Shown here: piece by piece, positions 1 to 11,785 of the stretch
Position numbering within the stretch: position 1 is the stretch's first letter
How the letters are laid out: the number at the start of each line of letters is the position of its first letter
From: a virus
IMG/VR virus record: IMGVR_UViG_3300047359_000671
Coordinates: 27,310 to 91,309 of that record
Direction: 5' to 3' (one strand)
Length of the DNA stretch: 64,000 bases
The notes under the pieces: generated by a model
What the model was told of the DNA's origin: nothing
Seen by the model: the letters and a program-made list of their open reading frames with translations, nothing else
The model's database searches: none
Translations under genes and position numbers: made by a program

Positions 1-3000
1 AACAATATACTTGTAGGTCCTACTGGTATAAATTTGTTTTTTATCTGACCTGTTGAAATTAATACTGCTAATTCTTCAGCGACATCATTCGATGTGTCCC
101 AATAAAAGTATTCAGTAATCTCTTTATCTAACTCTGTATCAAAATACTTCTTAACGTTAAATTGGGATACAGTTGCAGGTAATGTTCTTGTCTTTGTCCA
201 ACGTTTTACCGATACTGTAGAACCAGGAACAATTTGTCCCCAATGACGTGTTACATAATCTACTTGTAAGTTTGCATTTTCGTCCCCATAGTCATTATAA
301 CGATAAAAACGTACATCGTCAGTATCCCACCAGATTTCACCGACTTTTTCATCTAACCATATATCTATGCTACCAGTATAATCATAACGAGCAGGGTCAC
401 TCCATGATACATAGTCTAATTTAGATACAATCGCTCCTGGCATTTTTAAATTTAGTGGGTCATATAAGTTATGTACGATAAACGTTTCCCCATCCTTCAC
501 AACTACTCTATGTACTAACTCAGTATCAATTTCTGCTGATTGTCTTGCATGAATAGACAATGAACCTGTTGTGCTTCTTTTTAACACTGCCCAACCAGTA
601 CCTTGAAAAGCGTCTGCCCAAATAAGACTTCCTGAATTAAGACCCAATGCAGAATAAAATTCATTAAATGAAGATGCTCCAAAATTCGGAGTGTATCTCA
701 ACGACTTCCAGAACATTGCTTTATAATTCGAGTTACTTGTAACACTAGAATAATATGATACTAAACCGATAGTAGTCAATAGCGCACTGTCCGAACCGAC
801 AAACGACATCGAAGTACCATTACTAGTAAAAATCATTCTACCATCACTAGATATGTTCACTACGATAGAAGAAGAAGCAGAGTTAATTTGACTTGCAAAT
901 TCAACGGCTGATGTACTTACTGTCGCAGTATTTGAATATGTACCAGTAGGTATGCCAATATCTGTTAGTGGATTTCCTTGTATGTTTGCTACAACAATAC
1001 TCTGTTCGTTACTTGATATTTTTACTTGTTTGTCATCTTTTTGTGCGGTAGTTGATGCTGAAGTAAATACTTGATTATTTAAATCATCAACAATATTGTC
1101 TGTTGCATTTACAGTAACCGTTGTAGTTGCAAATCCTAATCTGGACATTGCACCTGAAGTTACTTCTGCAATTTCTAAGTCGTGGTTGATACTTTCAATT
1201 CTAATTTGACCCGATGTAACTGATGCATTCACTCCAGGAGTAACAAGTGCAGTAATCTGGTCTACAATACTTGCTTGTGTCGGTGCTTGATTTCTTTCAT
1301 ATGTACCAGCATTAAGTCCTATCTGAAGTAATGCTGTTCCTGAAATCACCATAGATGCGGCAGAACTTTCTATTACTAATTTATTATCAATGTTAACTGT
1401 TGCAGTAATGTTCGTTATTGTATCAAGTTCTACGGCTAGATTTTCAAGTTTACTTTCAGAATATGTAGTACCACTTGAAATGCCCAGTTCAATCAGCGCA
1501 CCGCCCGACATAACTAATTTCGGAAATGAGGATAAAATTTGTAATTGATTTGATGAATCTGATGCTTGAACCGAACTTGACCCGGCGTTAATGGCATCGA
1601 CAATTGCTGTCAAGTCATCACCAGCCGTTAATGTTATAGTTTCTCCGTTAATAACTAACGGTGTAGTTGATGAAATTACTGGACTTGTTGTAGTTCCAGT
1701 TACTAGTATATCTGCGACTGCTTTTGACACCCCATCAATAACAACTGTCTTTCCTGTATCAAGTGTAGATGATGTTGTCCCGTTGCTTTCTAAATTTATA
1801 TCATTTGTAGCACTGTAATCTACTGTTAGTGTTGCTCCATCAATTGTTATTTGGTCACCATATGTAGAAGAAAATCCACCAGTAGTCTGTGCAACTGTTC
1901 CTGTAAATATTACAGTAGTATTGGTGTTTACAACCAACCCGTTAGCATCATAGATTACAAAACTTGCTCTTTCGCCTGGTTCAACTACTGGGTTAGCAGT
2001 TGAGCCTAAAATAGTAATACCACTTGCGCCGCCACCGGCTACTGAACTATATACAAATTCTGTACCATCAATATATAGCGTATCTCCTATGTTTATTATA
2101 GGGTTACTTGCTGTGCCTATCGCTTCTACACCCGAGTCAGTAGATGTAGGTACATATATACTATTTGTTGTACTAACATCAATCTCAACAATAACAGGTT
2201 CAAAGTCCTGTTCAAATACTAAGTATTCATATATTGTTACACTGTCAACATCTCTTGTTCCGTCCAGTGTTAGCAAATAGTAATCTGCGATAGATGGGTC
2301 GATTTCAGAACCTGAAATCTTTAAGTATATCGGTTGGTCAAGATAATCTGCATCAATCTCAGAAGTCAAGCCTAAGTATAGTTGGTTATCATTTGTTTCA
2401 CCGATATAACTTATTTCTGCAATCTCACTTAATCTAGCAACATCCCAATCTCTGTCTTTATCAAACTGAATCCAAGCAGTATCACCTTCATACAAATTTG
2501 AAGTATCTAAATTTGATAATCCATCATAATCTTTAACTATATAATTTACATCATTTGAGTCAACATATCCTGCATTTTTAATTGCAGGTTTTCTCTTAGA
2601 ACTCTTATATTTCATTGGATTTTCTACTGCATCGAATTCTACTAAGAATGGGTCAGAAATCATATCAGTAACTAAAATATTATCGTTTGTTAGAGTATAT
2701 GTAGATTTAATATGTCCGTAACTTCCTAATTTAAATGCCCATATAGTTTCATGCTGAATGTCTTTAAAGTTTGAATTATTATTAAGAATTCTATTAATAC
2801 TAGAATTCGTACCTTTATGAGACAAGAACCCTTTATAAAATTCTAATTGCGATTCTCTTTCAACACCATGATTTGTCAGATATGTTCTTTCAGTATATCC
2901 AATCTGACTTGCTTTTAACTTGTTTATAATAGATAAACTTTGGTCTACTAATGTATCTCTATAGAATTCTGTTTCAGCAATCATTGTATCAAAGTTAGGT

Positions 3001-6000
3001 ATTAGTTTATTATCATACACTATGTAACCATCTGCTGTTAGTGTTCCATCCCAATCCACTGTTCGGTTACAGTCAATCTTCATTCTAAGATTTCTGTCAT
3101 GTGTCAATGGATTATAAATGACATCATTATAACTATCTACTCGGTCAACAACAAATGCATGTTCAACGTCTGATATATCCATTTTCATACCATATACAGG
3201 AACATTGCTTCTAAATGTAATTGTCTCGCCGTTTGTATAAAATTTTATTTCTGTATTAGGTATAAGCCTAGACGATGCATCTACTACACGATAAAAGTTC
3301 TTATGTGTTTCTGTTCTGACACTCGCAACACCGTATGGTGCTGAGAACGAACCACTCATTAACATTGGCGTCAATGTTATGAAGTCACCTACTTGGTGTT
3401 GTTCTGCTTGCCAATCTAAGAATTTATATAGTAAGTTTTCCCAATCGACTACCTCACCTGTGTCATCTAGGTCAGTAAAATCCCAACCTACTGCTTTTAA
3501 GTATTCTTGGTAACCCATTATTAAGTGAGTGACATCATCAATGCTTTCTAAAATATCACCGTAATTGTATGTTTTAAGAGTATCATCTAATAACTCTTTA
3601 TATCCGTTTGATTGTATTCTGTTTTCTCTAGGCCATTCACTTAACGCTTTCCAATCTGCATAATTATCATCAAATATTGATGTTGCAGTATGTGATACTA
3701 AACAAACATACGGTTGCTTGTTGTATACAACATATGAGTCTTGTCTATAATATTCGCCCTCTTGCCAGTTTTGCAAGTTTGCTAAATCACCTTCTGTAGA
3801 AAATACTTTTTCACCACTTGCTTTATCCCATGCCATAGAATAAAATACTGGGTTTATTTCATCATACCCATGCACTCTGTAGCCAAACTTTCCTGTTTTG
3901 GGTTGTGAAATTAATGTCCAACCACTATAATCAAAATATGTTGCACTAGGAGGTGTCTGTTCTTTTGTAGTCAACTCTGATACTTTTCTTTTATAATATT
4001 TGTTATCATTTAGATTTAGTACAATCATTCCGGCAGTATAATTTGACAAGTCTGCAAATGCATATACAGGATGAGGGCTATCTAATGAGACTTTTTCAAT
4101 AATCAATGCACTGAAGAATTCGCTTCTATTTGGTTCACCTGTATGCACGAACAAATCATAATTATCTTCAGGTATCTCAGTAAATCTACTATTAGATAAT
4201 GAGTTGTTTTCTGTTAACAGTTTAAAGTTGTTAACAAATCCACCCAATTTAGAACCTAGTTTAAATGTGTAGTCTTGTTTTTCTTCCACAATGGCAGTTG
4301 TGTCAATACCGTTATGTGTGTTGAAATATGTAATGATATCTTTTACTTGCAATGAATAATTGTATAGTACCTCAAACGGACTGCTCAACATCATTAATAA
4401 AAAGTTTGCGAATGGGTATTCACTACTTCTAGTCCATGCTAACTCTACTGGTGAATTGTCTCCAAATTCCCAGTCTTGGTCCATATTTGCAATGTCTTCA
4501 CTTGATATATTACCGCCGAAGAATAACTCTTTCGGTTCTTTTAAGAAACCGTTAGAATCAATTGGTACTGGAATAGTTAATGAGTTTTTATTGATAAAGT
4601 CATTCCAAAAAGTATGAGTGTAGTAATTGCCATTACCTAGATATGTTTGGTCAAACCCTGATGGTTTTTGTGAAAGTTTCAAAACTCTCCAAGGTTCTAT
4701 CATTGGTTTATCAGTGCCATAAATATAGATAAACAATCCTCTCCAATGACCACTTGCGTCTTCGTTTTTTGCACGATAGTTCCACGTTTTCCAATCAGTT
4801 GCATCATATATATCATTGTATAAATTATCAATGTTGTTTCTCATCATCCATTTCTTAAAGAAAGGATATAACATATATTTCTTTTCAGCATTAGAGTAAT
4901 CACTTTGTGCATCATATAATCCATAGTTCATACTATCAATATTAGTGCTGTGTGTATCCAATCTGTTGTATATTAATGTTTCAAACATCAACATAACTTT
5001 ATCTATTCTGTCATTAAACTTTGCAATACCGGTACCAACTCCAACTCCTGTCGCAGTGAATATAGTACCAACATCGTTGTCTGCGGCTCCGATTAATGTA
5101 AAATCAGTATTACCTTTTTTTGTTATTTCGTATTCTGTTCCTATTGCGAATTCACCTGCAAGAAAAGACTGCGAATACGCTGGCATCAATGACCCATCAT
5201 GTCCTTGAATAAATCCTACTTCATCGTCATACTCCAAGTCTGTGATAATCTTTGGTTCAAATGCTGGGTGTATTTTTAATGATGTGGCACTTGGTGGTAT
5301 ATATGTTAATTTAATATTTTTGTATAACCTGACAAATGCAGTTTCAGTACCTGATAATGGAGAAGTGAAGTCTACAGAGTTACCCGCAATAGGAATAGTA
5401 TAATCTAATCCAAACCTTTGTACTACATTATCTACTATCACCACAATATCTTCATCATTTACAATGTTAGATACAAAGTTAGGCATAACTTGTTCAGATG
5501 AGCCTGGCGTTATAGTAATTTGAAGTTCTTCATAATGTGCGAATTCTTCACCGAAATTAATCATTTTGCTATCTCTAAAGATACTAATACTTTGTTGTTT
5601 GCCTAGAGATATAGTAGAAACTGCCTCTTCTAATATTTGTAAGTCTGTTTTTGTTTTACTAGCAGATGATGATAGAATATCAATTACAGTAGTAAGAATT
5701 TTATTTTTATATCCATTGTACGCATTTGATAAGAATTCAGTAGCCAAGAATGGGTCATAATCATCACGGGTGATTGCAAAGTATGCCTCTTTGATATCAA
5801 CTGTATTTCTAATTAATACACTACCTTGATTAGCATGCCTTAGTTTATCTGAATTATCTCCCAAGTTTCTATAATTGCTAACACCGTTTGGTTTTCCCAC
5901 TAAACTATTTGTAGTTTCGATAATACGCACTATATGTTCGTATATTGTAGAATACGGAATGTCTATATTAACATATGAAAGATTATCTACATTATATTCT

Positions 6001-7121
6001 AACGCTGGTTGTAATCTTTGAAATACTTCATCACCGTCATATATTACTTCATCTTTTGTGCAATAATCTACATATATGTAACCAGTTAATTCACTAGTTG
6101 TATTAATTTTATTTGTTACATTATTGTATGTGTAATTTCCTATCTGTTTAATTCCATCTACGTACAAATCAATGTCATTAACATTTTTTGCTTCTTGTAA
6201 AAGTTCTATTTGAGACAAGTTCTCTACATTGCCTAATTCTTGTCTTAGGTTTCTGTAATCAAACGTTGATGTAGTATATAGATTTTTATATTCTGAATTA
6301 TACTTGTAATTCAAATTATCTAATAAGTCTATATTAAAAATGAATTCACTTTGATAATCGCCTGCTTTTAGTTTAGGCTGAATGTCAAGTTCTTGGTCTA
6401 CTGCAAATTCTGAACCTGTCACATAATGAAAGATTTTAATATCTTGCACAAATGTATTAGTGCTATCATACGCTTTAAACTCAGGAATATCGAATTCTGT
6501 TGCGGTAGCACTACCGTTACTTAATTCAATATTATTATCAAATTCTATGATAGGTCTTAATGCTTGTGATATTAGTGTATAATTTGAGTCTGTAATCTGA
6601 CTTCTAATATCATCATAATGATACCAAGAGTTATTGGAACTCCACCAATCAGATGCCCCTTTATCAATAGTTATATAATGTTTATTCGTTGTAGACTGTT
6701 CACTACCACTAAAGAACCCTGGACTAACCCAGTAATACATTGCATAGTTTATAAACTTATCTAAATCGATAGGCAGTTGTACTGTTTCTAAATCAGTTTT
6801 AAATAATCTACGATGGTCATTAGTTAATGAACCTTTATTGAATAATGCATTGAATAAATCTTCATAAAAAACATTATCTGTTGCATTTACATTAGTAAAT
6901 GTAGGTTCAAGACCATAATTATCACGTGAAAAAGCATGTGCGGGAAACGACAAATAAATGTCGTTTTCGTTATAGATTCCTTTTTCTTTTCGACCAACAA
7001 ATGCTTTAGTCTTTTCCATTTCTCCTTGAGAGAAAGCACGGTCAAGTGTTGTTTCGACAATTGTTTCTAGTTCACTATTTTTTAAATGTGCTGGAAGAAA
7101 ATCATAAATCTTTTTTGCCAT
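1..7121 (-). CDS. Giant baseplate wedge/virion structural protein (gp7-like position), >=2373 aa, 3'-truncated by window edge
   Basis: Absent from the ORF track because it has no stop in the window. ATG at 7121 (MAKKIYDFLPAHLKNSELETIVETTLDRAF...) lies 2 nt past the gp6 stop. The same frame reads ...KNKFIPVGPTSIL at the left edge. Follows gp25-gp6. Confidence 0.75.
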   Translation of the reverse strand, partial: MAKKIYDFLPAHLKNSELETIVETTLDRAFSQGEMEKTKAFVGRKEKGIYNENDIYLSFPAHAFSRDNYGLEPTFTNVNATDNVFYEDLFNALFNKGSLTNDHRRLFKTDLETVQLPIDLDKFINYAMYYWVSPGFFSGSEQSTTNKHYITIDKGASDWWSSNNSWYHYDDIRSQITDSNYTLISQALRPIIEFDNNIELSNGSATATEFDIPEFKAYDSTNTFVQDIKIFHYVTGSEFAVDQELDIQPKLKAGDYQSEFIFNIDLLDNLNYKYNSEYKNLYTTSTFDYRNLRQELGNVENLSQIELLQEAKNVNDIDLYVDGIKQIGNYTYNNVTNKINTTSELTGYIYVDYCTKDEVIYDGDEVFQRLQPALEYNVDNLSYVNIDIPYSTIYEHIVRIIETTNSLVGKPNGVSNYRNLGDNSDKLRHANQGSVLIRNTVDIKEAYFAITRDDYDPFLATEFLSNAYNGYKNKILTTVIDILSSSASKTKTDLQILEEAVSTISLGKQQSISIFRDSKMINFGEEFAHYEELQITITPGSSEQVMPNFVSNIVNDEDIVVIVDNVVQRFGLDYTIPIAGNSVDFTSPLSGTETAFVRLYKNIKLTYIPPSATSLKIHPAFEPKIITDLEYDDEVGFIQGHDGSLMPAYSQSFLAGEFAIGTEYEITKKGNTDFTLIGAADNDVGTIFTATGVGVGTGIAKFNDRIDKVMLMFETLIYNRLDTHSTNIDSMNYGLYDAQSDYSNAEKKYMLYPFFKKWMMRNNIDNLYNDIYDATDWKTWNYRAKNEDASGHWRGLFIYIYGTDKPMIEPWRVLKLSQKPSGFDQTYLGNGNYYTHTFWNDFINKNSLTIPVPIDSNGFLKEPKELFFGGNISSEDIANMDQDWEFGDNSPVELAWTRSSEYPFANFLLMMLSSPFEVLYNYSLQVKDIITYFNTHNGIDTTAIVEEKQDYTFKLGSKLGGFVNNFKLLTENNSLSNSRFTEIPEDNYDLFVHTGEPNRSEFFSALIIEKVSLDSPHPVYAFADLSNYTAGMIVLNLNDNKYYKRKVSELTTKEQTPPSATYFDYSGWTLISQPKTGKFGYRVHGYDEINPVFYSMAWDKASGEKVFSTEGDLANLQNWQEGEYYRQDSYVVYNKQPYVCLVSHTATSIFDDNYADWKALSEWPRENRIQSNGYKELLDDTLKTYNYGDILESIDDVTHLIMGYQEYLKAVGWDFTDLDDTGEVVDWENLLYKFLDWQAEQHQVGDFITLTPMLMSGSFSAPYGVASVRTETHKNFYRVVDASSRLIPNTEIKFYTNGETITFRSNVPVYGMKMDISDVEHAFVVDRVDSYNDVIYNPLTHDRNLRMKIDCNRTVDWDGTLTADGYIVYDNKLIPNFDTMIAETEFYRDTLVDQSLSIINKLKASQIGYTERTYLTNHGVERESQLEFYKGFLSHKGTNSSINRILNNNSNFKDIQHETIWAFKLGSYGHIKSTYTLTNDNILVTDMISDPFLVEFDAVENPMKYKSSKRKPAIKNAGYVDSNDVNYIVKDYDGLSNLDTSNLYEGDTAWIQFDKDRDWDVARLSEIAEISYIGETNDNQLYLGLTSEIDADYLDQPIYLKISGSEIDPSIADYYLLTLDGTRDVDSVTIYEYLVFEQDFEPVIVEIDVSTTNSIYVPTSTDSGVEAIGTASNPIINIGDTLYIDGTEFVYSSVAGGGASGITILGSTANPVVEPGERASFVIYDANGLVVNTNTTVIFTGTVAQTTGGFSSTYGDQITIDGATLTVDYSATNDINLESNGTTSSTLDTGKTVVIDGVSKAVADILVTGTTTSPVISSTTPLVINGETITLTAGDDLTAIVDAINAGSSSVQASDSSNQLQILSSFPKLVMSGGALIELGISSGTTYSESKLENLAVELDTITNITATVNIDNKLVIESSAASMVISGTALLQIGLNAGTYERNQAPTQASIVDQITALVTPGVNASVTSGQIRIESINHDLEIAEVTSGAMSRLGFATTTVTVNATDNIVDDLNNQVFTSASTTAQKDDKQVKISSNEQSIVVANIQGNPLTDIGIPTGTYSNTATVSTSAVEFASQINSASSSIVVNISSDGRMIFTSNGTSMSFVGSDSALLTTIGLVSYYSSVTSNSNYKAMFWKSLRYTPNFGASSFNEFYSALGLNSGSLIWADAFQGTGWAVLKRSTTGSLSIHARQSAEIDTELVHRVVVKDGETFIVHNLYDPLNLKMPGAIVSKLDYVSWSDPARYDYTGSIDIWLDEKVGEIWWDTDDVRFYRYNDYGDENANLQVDYVTRHWGQIVPGSTVSVKRWTKTRTLPATVSQFNVKKYFDTELDKEITEYFYWDTSNDVAEELAVLISTGQIKNKFIPVGPTSIL

Positions 7122-7123
7122 CT

Positions 7124-10100
7124 TTATTCGCCTTGTAATTCAGATTGTGATAATTGTTTAATAATTGATACATCGCTTGATGTAGTGACCGACATGAATA
7201 TTTCATTCAGTTCACTAGAGATACTTAGCAATTTTGTAAATGTGTTTCCTGAGTACTTAGGTGTAATTACTACACTTGAAATATAATCTCCTAGTTCTTT
7301 GTGCAAGTATGCCGCAAGTTCTGAGAAGTAGAATGTAGCACCAAAGTCCCAGTTATCAATTGAAAAATATTCATTGACTTTACTTGATACCATTGCTTTT
7401 GTTTCACTGTCTGTGTATCCGGAACCTAGTTTCTTAATTACTTTAAATACTGCTTGGTTTTCTGGTTCAGCATAAGCCCCGAATAGATACTTAAACTGTA
7501 CCGGAATATAACTAATGTGGTCTGAGATTGATGCTTTGCTTTCAATACTAGACATTGTTTGTGATAGTTCATAACTATTAGGTGCAACTGGTAATGCTCT
7601 TGTAAAGTTACTTGATATCCAATTATTAACATTTCTAACATAGTCGGATGATAATACATACACATCAACAATGTTACTTGTGCTTGGGTCTATTCGTTTA
7701 TCGGTATCTGCATAATGGTCCCATCTAAAACTCATAAACACATCTTTAGCAAATGATATGCCTTCTACCACTCTATACGTAATGCCAGAAGTTGTCATAG
7801 AACCATCTGCATTGATTGTTTTCTGTGTCAGCAACAACCAACCATCACCTAATCTTATATACCATTCTGTATTAGTTGTGTTATACCATAACGTAGCAGT
7901 TGGCGGGAGAGAAACATCAGGCAGTGGGCCTGAGCCAGGAGTTGCAAAAGCAACACGTGATGCACGTTCATACGTTATATTATTTTCTGAGTATTGCTCT
8001 AATACCATATGATTATTTTCAGCAATGTCAAGCATCGCATATGGGTAATTATTTACGTTAAATGTTAATAATTTTACTTTGGTATTGTCTACATACCCTT
8101 CTGGTGTCAGATATTTGTCATATACATAACTTGCATCAGTATCGTATGTAGTTGTTTGAGTACTATTCATAACTGATAAATCAAATGATGCTTTTACTTT
8201 AACACCGAAACCAACAAGTGATGTCGTACCTGATGCATCACCGATGTAAGCATCTATCAACGTACCTACTCCTGGGTCAATAGTCCAGAAAATAACTTTA
8301 TAATTGTTACCACTTAGATGCGTTACTGTTGTATGTACAGTACTAATGATTGCCTGTGTTGATGAATTTTTAAGAATTAAGTTATCAGTGGTCAATGCTG
8401 TTGAACTTACTAAATCTAATTCTGCGTATGCCCATTGCTTAAAATATATGTCTAAGTCTAAACTATCAATTCGTATGTCCAATGCTGGTAATGTAAATGT
8501 ATACTGATTACCAACAACCGATACCACATATTCCCATTGCACACCCGGGTCGCCAATTGCCGCAGATTGTCTGCCGGAGGCGTTATTACCTCCTGGCAAC
8601 TCATCACTGTCTAAGAATGCAAAATTCTTGTCATTCTGTTGTTGACTAAAATATGTTGTCGAAACTTCACCTTTGAATCCACGTGACACTAAGTCTGTAT
8701 CACTCATTGTCGTATATGATGAGTTTGCATTTGCCCAATCACCATCGGTATTAATCAAAATTTGTGTACCGTCAGATAACGCATATTCTGTTGTACTCAT
8801 TGCTTGTACATCATCTGTAATAGAAGTTAGTGATGAAATGTACTGTGTAATGTCATCGACTTCTAAACTTATTTTGTATTCTGGAGATTCTCCGATATCA
8901 CGCCAAGTAGGGTCAACAGGGTATACAACTTCTGTGGTAGTATCGATTGGGTATTCAATTCCTTCTGGAGTTACTAAACAAGACGTTACATTTGTATTTG
9001 AGACTGCTGGGTTATCCGTATTACCGTCTAACTCATAAAATGTATAATTTACATCTGCACCAGTGTGTTTAAATTCAGCATCAAATGTGGCGCCGCCTGA
9101 GCCGTCATCTACATAGTTAGATATTGTAGTATAACCGATAGTTACATCACCTTCAACTGTAGTAGAAGGTTGTGTCGATGATACCCCGTCTGCGCCTTTA
9201 TAATTTATTAAAATTAAATCACGCTCTGCAAGACTAGTTTCGTTATCAATTACCATATCACTATTACTGTAGTAAAATTTAACTTGGTCACGGCTTTCAA
9301 ATGCAATCTTTTTGCCAGGAATAGTAGCAACATATTCTGATTCCATGTCTCTTAGGCCTGAGGTATATGTAAATGTGATTTGGATATCTGATACACCGCC
9401 AGATAATGCCCAGCCCCAAAGACCTGCCTCAAATGTATAATACAATGTAAATGTAGACACACCATTGTTAACTTGCGTTTTAATTTCAGTAATTTCACTT
9501 TCTGTGAATTTAGTTCTAAATCCTCTGACTATCGTTTTTATAGTTCCATCTTCTGGGATATATTCATTGAGAGTATATGGTGTTGAAGAATCTGTTACTT
9601 TTGTCCAGATATCTTCTCCACTTGCCGTTAATAATTGTAAATAATCGCCATCGTATAATGTATCAGTTAGGAGTGGTGAATTTATTTGCATAGAATTTGT
9701 TGTACCCACTGTATATACTACATCAACGTTAGTGATTGTTACTGTCGCCGCATCTTTGTTTGTATGATAATATTTGTTCACTAAACTAGGATGCTTAATT
9801 GCTTTCACTAGAACATTACGAATAAAGTTATCAGCATCACCACTCAATTTATTAAAACTCAAAGACATTTTAGTAGTTTCGTTTTCAACAAAAATACTTC
9901 CATCTGTACCAGTAACACTCAAGTTTGAGTGATGACCTGTAGTGTCATCCATCTCAAAGAAACGAGATGAACCTGCAAAGGTCGTGTTGACTGCTTTAGT
10001 TTTTCTAACTACATTGTTTCCTAATGTAAGAGGATAAACGTTATAGTCCTGGGCATTTACCATTCTATCTTGTGCATAATAACTTCTTGGTGCTACACGT

Positions 10101-11350
10101 CTTACACTCGCATATGTCTCGCCTGCATAGTTTTCACCAAAATCTTTTGTACTCGATACTGTTAGTGACAATCTATAAGTTCTTCCGTCTGCACCTACAT
10201 ATGGTATTGTAATTAGTTTCTCTATAACATCTTCTGCATTTACTGAAAAGTTTTCATTATCAGCCTGACGATACCAAACACGATAATTACCAAAAGCCGC
10301 ATTTCCGAAAACACCATCAGGATAATGTAAAGATATTGCGTTGTTATCTAATGTTGTTACATTTACGATATCACCATTACCATTTCGCAATGAGTTGAAA
10401 ATCGCCGTTTCTCTCGTATCATTATCAACTTTAGTCACACTAGAACTATATTCACCTAAGTTATTAATCTTTTGAACCCATACATCTGAGTTAGAAACAT
10501 TATTAATATCCATAGGTTCAACCCTATTTGATATCTTAGTGTTATATTGAAAATCTTTATATGCTAATGTCCCTGCTTTTGCAAACACAAAGAAGCCAGT
10601 TCTGTCTGATGCCGGTCCCAAGTTATCATTACGATTAATAATAGTAAAGTTTTTATTAGGATTAGGTTCTGCTTCAACAACTTTATTATTGATAAACTCA
10701 GTACGAACTGTGTCAAACGTTCTGGAGCCACCGTCAATATTTGCATTGAAAGTATATGTCACTGCTTTTGTATTAACATCTTCATTGATTTCATATGAGT
10801 AATGCTCTACATTTGCTACAGTTAAAGATGCATTTGGATTTTGAATTTTTGTTGTTCCAGCAAAAGATGAATTAATGATGCTGATAAAATCTTCATACCA
10901 ATCAACATTGTTTGCATCATTCCAGTTGATAACACTACCAGCGAGAGAGTTGCCTTCGTTATCATACACATCTTCGTTTGTTGAAATGCTTGTGATTTTC
11001 ATAAACCCCTTTGCATTGATAGGTCGTGTCTTATTATAACCTAAAGTCTTCGCCATCTGTAGAATACTTGCTCTACGTTCTGCTAAGTCTAAGAAATTCT
11101 CACGTGTGTTCATGTCCAGTCTGAACGATAAACTGTGTCCTAAGTATGCAACTAGGTCAAGAATTGCTATAAATTCTGAACTTGCAATAAAGTCATTAAA
11201 TTTTTCTGGGTACGTTTGCTTTGTGTACGCTAGTAACGCCTCTCTGATTGTATCAAAGTCGTATGCTTTTAAACTAACGTTTGTGAATGCAGTATAGACT
11301 GCTGTCCAACTTTCACTTGCAAATAAATTGTCCACTCTGTCTTGGCTCAT
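7124..11350 (-). CDS. gp6: Baseplate wedge subunit, T4 gp6-like (1408 aa)
   Basis: N-terminal YDFDTIREAL...FNDFIASSEF..ILDLVAY and RMVNAQDY motifs; lies next to gp25. Confidence 0.88.
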   Translation of the reverse strand: MSQDRVDNLFASESWTAVYTAFTNVSLKAYDFDTIREALLAYTKQTYPEKFNDFIASSEFIAILDLVAYLGHSLSFRLDMNTRENFLDLAERRASILQMAKTLGYNKTRPINAKGFMKITSISTNEDVYDNEGNSLAGSVINWNDANNVDWYEDFISIINSSFAGTTKIQNPNASLTVANVEHYSYEINEDVNTKAVTYTFNANIDGGSRTFDTVRTEFINNKVVEAEPNPNKNFTIINRNDNLGPASDRTGFFVFAKAGTLAYKDFQYNTKISNRVEPMDINNVSNSDVWVQKINNLGEYSSSVTKVDNDTRETAIFNSLRNGNGDIVNVTTLDNNAISLHYPDGVFGNAAFGNYRVWYRQADNENFSVNAEDVIEKLITIPYVGADGRTYRLSLTVSSTKDFGENYAGETYASVRRVAPRSYYAQDRMVNAQDYNVYPLTLGNNVVRKTKAVNTTFAGSSRFFEMDDTTGHHSNLSVTGTDGSIFVENETTKMSLSFNKLSGDADNFIRNVLVKAIKHPSLVNKYYHTNKDAATVTITNVDVVYTVGTTNSMQINSPLLTDTLYDGDYLQLLTASGEDIWTKVTDSSTPYTLNEYIPEDGTIKTIVRGFRTKFTESEITEIKTQVNNGVSTFTLYYTFEAGLWGWALSGGVSDIQITFTYTSGLRDMESEYVATIPGKKIAFESRDQVKFYYSNSDMVIDNETSLAERDLILINYKGADGVSSTQPSTTVEGDVTIGYTTISNYVDDGSGGATFDAEFKHTGADVNYTFYELDGNTDNPAVSNTNVTSCLVTPEGIEYPIDTTTEVVYPVDPTWRDIGESPEYKISLEVDDITQYISSLTSITDDVQAMSTTEYALSDGTQILINTDGDWANANSSYTTMSDTDLVSRGFKGEVSTTYFSQQQNDKNFAFLDSDELPGGNNASGRQSAAIGDPGVQWEYVVSVVGNQYTFTLPALDIRIDSLDLDIYFKQWAYAELDLVSSTALTTDNLILKNSSTQAIISTVHTTVTHLSGNNYKVIFWTIDPGVGTLIDAYIGDASGTTSLVGFGVKVKASFDLSVMNSTQTTTYDTDASYVYDKYLTPEGYVDNTKVKLLTFNVNNYPYAMLDIAENNHMVLEQYSENNITYERASRVAFATPGSGPLPDVSLPPTATLWYNTTNTEWYIRLGDGWLLLTQKTINADGSMTTSGITYRVVEGISFAKDVFMSFRWDHYADTDKRIDPSTSNIVDVYVLSSDYVRNVNNWISSNFTRALPVAPNSYELSQTMSSIESKASISDHISYIPVQFKYLFGAYAEPENQAVFKVIKKLGSGYTDSETKAMVSSKVNEYFSIDNWDFGATFYFSELAAYLHKELGDYISSVVITPKYSGNTFTKLLSISSELNEIFMSVTTSSDVSIIKQLSQSELQGE

Positions 11351-11351
11351 T

Positions 11352-11708
11352 TTATTCTCTCTCTAAATCTATGTTTAAATCTACCTCAGTATTTGATGGT
11401 AGAATACTAATTCTAAGTGATGCATTTACTCTATGTCCACTATCGCTTACCGCAATACTTGTTAAGTTGCATCGTGGGTCATCATTAACAATATTTGTTA
11501 AATCTTCTTCTATCAACTCTGTAACTTCAGGAGTAAGTGGTTCGAATATCATATCATGTATAATTGAACCATATGTTGGCAACATTACTCTTTCGCCTTT
11601 GCGAGTCATAATGTGATTCATTAAGTCTTCAACAACTAAATCATTTCCTGTTAGAATATGATTGATTGCTTTTTTGTTCTTGGTACTAAAACCTGTAAAT
11701 TTTGCCAT
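11352..11708 (-). CDS. gp25: Baseplate wedge subunit gp25 (GPW/gp25 family)
   Basis: TRKGERVMLPTYGSIIHDMIFEP...DPR signature. Confidence 0.92.
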   Translation of the reverse strand: MAKFTGFSTKNKKAINHILTGNDLVVEDLMNHIMTRKGERVMLPTYGSIIHDMIFEPLTPEVTELIEEDLTNIVNDDPRCNLTSIAVSDSGHRVNASLRISILPSNTEVDLNIDLERE

Positions 11709-11742
11709 AACTTATTCTCTCTGTAGTTATTTTCTATTAAGA

Positions 11743-11771
11743 GTATTTATCACTGCATAAACTTCGAAGTT
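11743..11771 (-). promoter_or_regulatory. Late promoter GATAAATA with upstream palindromic operator AACTTCGAAGTTTA
   Basis: T4-like late box at 11744-11751; operator at 11758-11771, with the same spacing as the copies at 21978 and 29643. Confidence 0.7.
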
Positions 11772-11785
11772 TTGGAAACAAGCAC

